Positions 29,288 through 32,000 of a DNA stretch of 32,000 nucleotides are shown here, one piece after another. Source of the DNA: Flavobacteriaceae bacterium (GTDB lineage Bacteria; Bacteroidota; Bacteroidia; Flavobacteriales; Flavobacteriaceae); contig OZ245049.1 in NCBI GenBank assembly GCA_965224465.1, positions 750,001 to 782,000 on the forward strand. Reading direction: 5' to 3'. The notes beneath the pieces were generated by a model. That model was not told the origin of the DNA. It ran no database searches and was given only the letters and a program-made list of their open reading frames with translations. The translations under genes and the position numbers were made by a program. The stretch's first letter is position 1, and each line of letters opens with the position of its first letter.

Positions 29288-30070
29288 TTAATTGCCTGTA
29301 TAACCTTTCATTATACCGCGTTGTGAATTTTTTATAAATAATATAATTTGATCTCTTTCTTTGGTTGCTTGCATTTCTGCTTCGATAATACCAAGTGCCT
29401 GAGTCGTGTTGTAATTTTTTTGATACAAGATTCTGAATACGTCTTGAATTTCGCGAATTTTTTCTTTATCAAAACCACGTCTACGCAATCCAATAGAATT
29501 AATTCCAATAAAGGATAATGGTTCTTTTCCTGCTTTTGTAAACGGTGGCACATCTTTGCGCACCAAGGATCCTCCAGAAACCATGGCATGATCTCCAATA
29601 TGTATAAACTGATGCACAGCTACCAAACCACTCAAGATGGCATAATCACCTACCGTAACATGTCCTGCAACAATAGATCCATTTGCTAGTATACAATTAT
29701 TCCCAATAACACAATCATGTGCAATATGAGAAGTAGCCATAATCAAACAATTATCTCCAATCTTGGTATAACCTAGCGCTTTTGTTCCACGATTTACCGT
29801 TACACATTCACGAATGGTGGTATTGTTTCCAATAATCACCTCAGAATCTTCTCCTTCAAACTTTAAATCTTGAGGAATGGCAGAAATCACTGCTCCTGGG
29901 AAAATTCTACAATTTTCACCAATACGTGCTCCTTCCATTATAGTAACATTAGAACCAATCCAAGTTCCTGAACCAATTTTTACATTATTGTGAATGGTTG
30001 TAAAAGGTTCTATCACAACATTGGTTGCTATTTTTGCTCCTGGATGAACATATGCAAGTGGTTGATTCAT
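29288..30070 (-). CDS. lpxA: Acyl-ACP--UDP-N-acetylglucosamine O-acyltransferase
   Basis: 260-aa ORF with hexapeptide repeats from the N-terminus (AYVHPGAKIATNVVIEPFTTIHNNVKIGSGTWIGSNVTIMEGARIGENCRIFPGAVI) and an LpxA-type helical C-terminus (GINSIGLRRRGF...). Confidence 0.92.
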   Translation of the reverse strand: MNQPLAYVHPGAKIATNVVIEPFTTIHNNVKIGSGTWIGSNVTIMEGARIGENCRIFPGAVISAIPQDLKFEGEDSEVIIGNNTTIRECVTVNRGTKALGYTKIGDNCLIMATSHIAHDCVIGNNCILANGSIVAGHVTVGDYAILSGLVAVHQFIHIGDHAMVSGGSLVRKDVPPFTKAGKEPLSFIGINSIGLRRRGFDKEKIREIQDVFRILYQKNYNTTQALGIIEAEMQATKERDQIILFIKNSQRGIMKGYTGN

Positions 30071-30072
30071 AT

Positions 30073-31467
30073 TTATTTAGGTTTTTTAGCTATTTGTGCC
30101 ATTAACTGTGCTTCTACTACTATTTTCCCGTTTGCATATCCGTATGCTTGCATATGACATATCCCACGACGAATAGGACTCATTAATTCTGCCCTAAAGA
30201 TCAAGGTATCTCCTGGCAATACTTTTTGTTTGAATTTTACATTGTCCATTTTCATAAAATAGGTCAAGTAATTTTCTGGATCCGGTACTGTATTTAAGAC
30301 CAATACTCCTCCACACTGAGCCATTGCTTCTACTTGTAACACTCCTGGCATTACAGGTGCTCCAGGAAAATGCCCCACAAAGAAATTCTCGTTCATGGTT
30401 ACATTTTTCATCCCAACAACATGTGTATCAGAAAGCTCTAAAATACGATCGATTAACAAAAACGGAGGTCTGTGTGGCAATACTTCCATAATTTGATAAA
30501 TATCCATTAACGGTGGTAAAGACAAATCGTATACAGGTACTTTATTTCTTTTTTCTTGTTTGATTATCTTTGCCAATTTCTTCGCAAAAACAGTATTGAT
30601 TAAATGTCCAGGCTTGTTTGCTATTACTTTCCCCTTGATACGCGTCCCAACCAATGCTAAATCTCCAATTACATCTAACAATTTATGACGTGCTGCTTCA
30701 TTTGCCCAACGCAAAGTTAGGTTATCTAAAATCCCATTAGGATTTACCGTTAACTTTTCTTTATTAAAAGCTTTTAGTAGCTTCTTCATTGTTCCTTCAG
30801 AAATCGGCTGATCTACATACACAATAGCATTGTTTAGATCTCCTCCTTTAATAAGGTTGTTATCTAATAATGTTTCCAACTCGTGTAAAAAACTAAACGT
30901 TCTCGCATCCGCTATTTCCTCCTTAAATTCTGACAAAGAATTCATGGTCATATTTTGAGTTCCAAGTATTTTAGTCCCAAAATCAACCATAGAAGTAATT
31001 GAATACTCATCTGCAGGCATTAAAATAATTTCACTCCCTGTTTTTTCGTCTCTGTGTGTAATAACCTCGGTTACAACATACTCTTCACGAATAGCATCTT
31101 GATCTACCAAGCCCGCTTTAGATAAAGCTTGCATAAACTCTTTAGAAGAACCGTCCATAATTGGAGGTTCAGGAGAGTTCATTTCTATTAAAATATTATC
31201 TATATCACAGGCAACTACTGCTGCCAATACATGCTCCGAAGTATGTATTGCAACACCATTTTTCTCTAGTGTTGTTCCCCTTTGTGTACTCGTCACAAAT
31301 TCAGCTTTAGCTTCAATTACTGGGTGACCTTCTAAATCAAGTCTTGCAAAAGCATATCCAGCATTTACTGGAGCCGGTTTAAATGTCATGGTTACTTTTT
31401 TACCCGTATGCAATCCTACACCAGATAAAGTAACTTCATTTTTAATCGTTTTTTGTTTTAAACTCAT
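30073..31467 (-). CDS. lpxC/fabZ: Bifunctional UDP-3-O-acyl-GlcNAc deacetylase / 3-hydroxyacyl-ACP dehydratase (LpxC-FabZ fusion typical of Bacteroidota)
   Basis: 464-aa ORF. The N-terminal half is LpxC-like (TIKNEVTLSGVGLHTGKKVTMTFKPAP...HTSEHVLAAV). The C-terminal ~150 aa is FabZ hot-dog-like (LPHRPPFLLIDRILEL...GHFPGAPVMPGVLQVEAMAQ). Confidence 0.93.
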   Translation of the reverse strand: MSLKQKTIKNEVTLSGVGLHTGKKVTMTFKPAPVNAGYAFARLDLEGHPVIEAKAEFVTSTQRGTTLEKNGVAIHTSEHVLAAVVACDIDNILIEMNSPEPPIMDGSSKEFMQALSKAGLVDQDAIREEYVVTEVITHRDEKTGSEIILMPADEYSITSMVDFGTKILGTQNMTMNSLSEFKEEIADARTFSFLHELETLLDNNLIKGGDLNNAIVYVDQPISEGTMKKLLKAFNKEKLTVNPNGILDNLTLRWANEAARHKLLDVIGDLALVGTRIKGKVIANKPGHLINTVFAKKLAKIIKQEKRNKVPVYDLSLPPLMDIYQIMEVLPHRPPFLLIDRILELSDTHVVGMKNVTMNENFFVGHFPGAPVMPGVLQVEAMAQCGGVLVLNTVPDPENYLTYFMKMDNVKFKQKVLPGDTLIFRAELMSPIRRGICHMQAYGYANGKIVVEAQLMAQIAKKPK

Positions 31468-32000
31468 TTAGTTTTCCTTTAAAGCTTTAATCTCTTTTTC
31501 TAATTGACTGACCTTCTTTACCAATGCGGGTAAATTTTTAAAATGAACATATGATTTACTAAAATCTCCATATTTAAAAGCTGGAGTTCCTTGTACTACA
31601 GATTTGTTTTTTAAACTTTTACCTACACCTGATTTTGCTTGTATATGCACATTATCACCAATGGTAATATGACCTACAATACCAACCTGACCACCAATCA
31701 TACAATTTTTACCTATTTTTGTTGAACCCGCAATTCCTGTCAACGCAGCAATTACAGTATTCATTCCCACCTCTACATTGTGAGCAATCTGAATTTGATT
31801 GTCTAGTTTTACCCCTTTTCTGATAATAGTAGAACCAAGTGTAGCTCTATCTATTGTAGTACCAGCTCCTATTTCTACATCGTCCTCTATAACAACATTC
31901 CCAATTTGGGGTACCTTGCTATACACACCTTTATCATCTGGAGCAAAACCAAATCCATCAGCGCCTAACACGGTATTAGAATGAATAATACAATTCGATC
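31468..32000 (-). CDS. lpxD: UDP-3-O-acylglucosamine N-acyltransferase, long paralog, C-terminal part (5' end beyond the right window edge)
   Basis: The track ORF begins at an internal GTG (31971), but the frame stays open to nt 32000 (...[24 protein letters not shown]...). It has hexapeptide repeats and a C-terminal helix. The stop abuts the lpxC/fabZ ATG. Confidence 0.9.
   Translation of the reverse strand, partial: SNCIIHSNTVLGADGFGFAPDDKGVYSKVPQIGNVVIEDDVEIGAGTTIDRATLGSTIIRKGVKLDNQIQIAHNVEVGMNTVIAALTGIAGSTKIGKNCMIGGQVGIVGHITIGDNVHIQAKSGVGKSLKNKSVVQGTPAFKYGDFSKSYVHFKNLPALVKKVSQLEKEIKALKEN

Noticed and set aside
29332-29598. 88-aa minus-strand ORF overlapping lpxA in another frame.
   Set aside because: It lies entirely inside the well-supported lpxA reading frame and its Lys/Cys-rich translation has no recognisable features. 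I treat it as an overlapping-frame artefact.
27785-32000. Two lpxD paralogs flanking lpxC/fabZ-lpxA-efp, considered as a possible anomaly or duplication.
   Set aside because: As far as I recall, this arrangement (long LpxD, fused LpxC-FabZ, LpxA, EF-P, short LpxD, SucD) is the normal conserved layout in Flavobacteriia. The two lpxD copies are clearly divergent, so this is not a recent duplication.

Overview
AT-rich window in which every supported gene is on the minus strand. It looks like a Flavobacteriia (Bacteroidota) chromosome: there is a fused lpxC/fabZ gene, a T9SS type-A C-terminal sorting domain, SprB-type repeats and TAnnTTTG-like promoter boxes. The right third (23.6-32 kb) is ordinary core genome: lpxD(partial)-lpxC/fabZ-lpxA-efp-lpxD2-sucD plus a stand-alone TonB-dependent receptor. 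The left two thirds (1-23 kb) is an accessory block of very large secreted proteins. In transcription order these are: a 1593-aa unknown protein; a 1959-aa modular polymorphic-toxin-like protein (FN3-rich N-terminus, HExxH peptidase motif, helical/hydrophobic linker, PD-(D/E)xK-like C-terminus); a 224-aa candidate immunity gene 4 nt downstream; a 75-aa orphan ORF; a 706-aa FN3 protein; a 1689-aa SprB-repeat/T9SS adhesin; a 460-aa PKD lipoprotein; a graveyard of short repeats and decayed four-helix-bundle (Avd/23S-IVS family) genes; and the 5' end of a second toxin paralog running off the left edge. The main signals are these. (1) A 1.68-kb direct duplication of the toxin 5' end, with 6 substitutions in 1541 nt, whose identity decays at an 89-nt segment that has a third copy in the orphan ORF. 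(2) GCAGTWG-type short repeats and perfect 11-13 bp inverted repeats that bracket the start codon of both toxin paralogs. (3) A strong GC-content mosaic inside the toxin gene. (4) A ~160-nt element repeated on both sides of the TonB-dependent receptor gene. All functional assignments come from reading the translations. No database search was possible.
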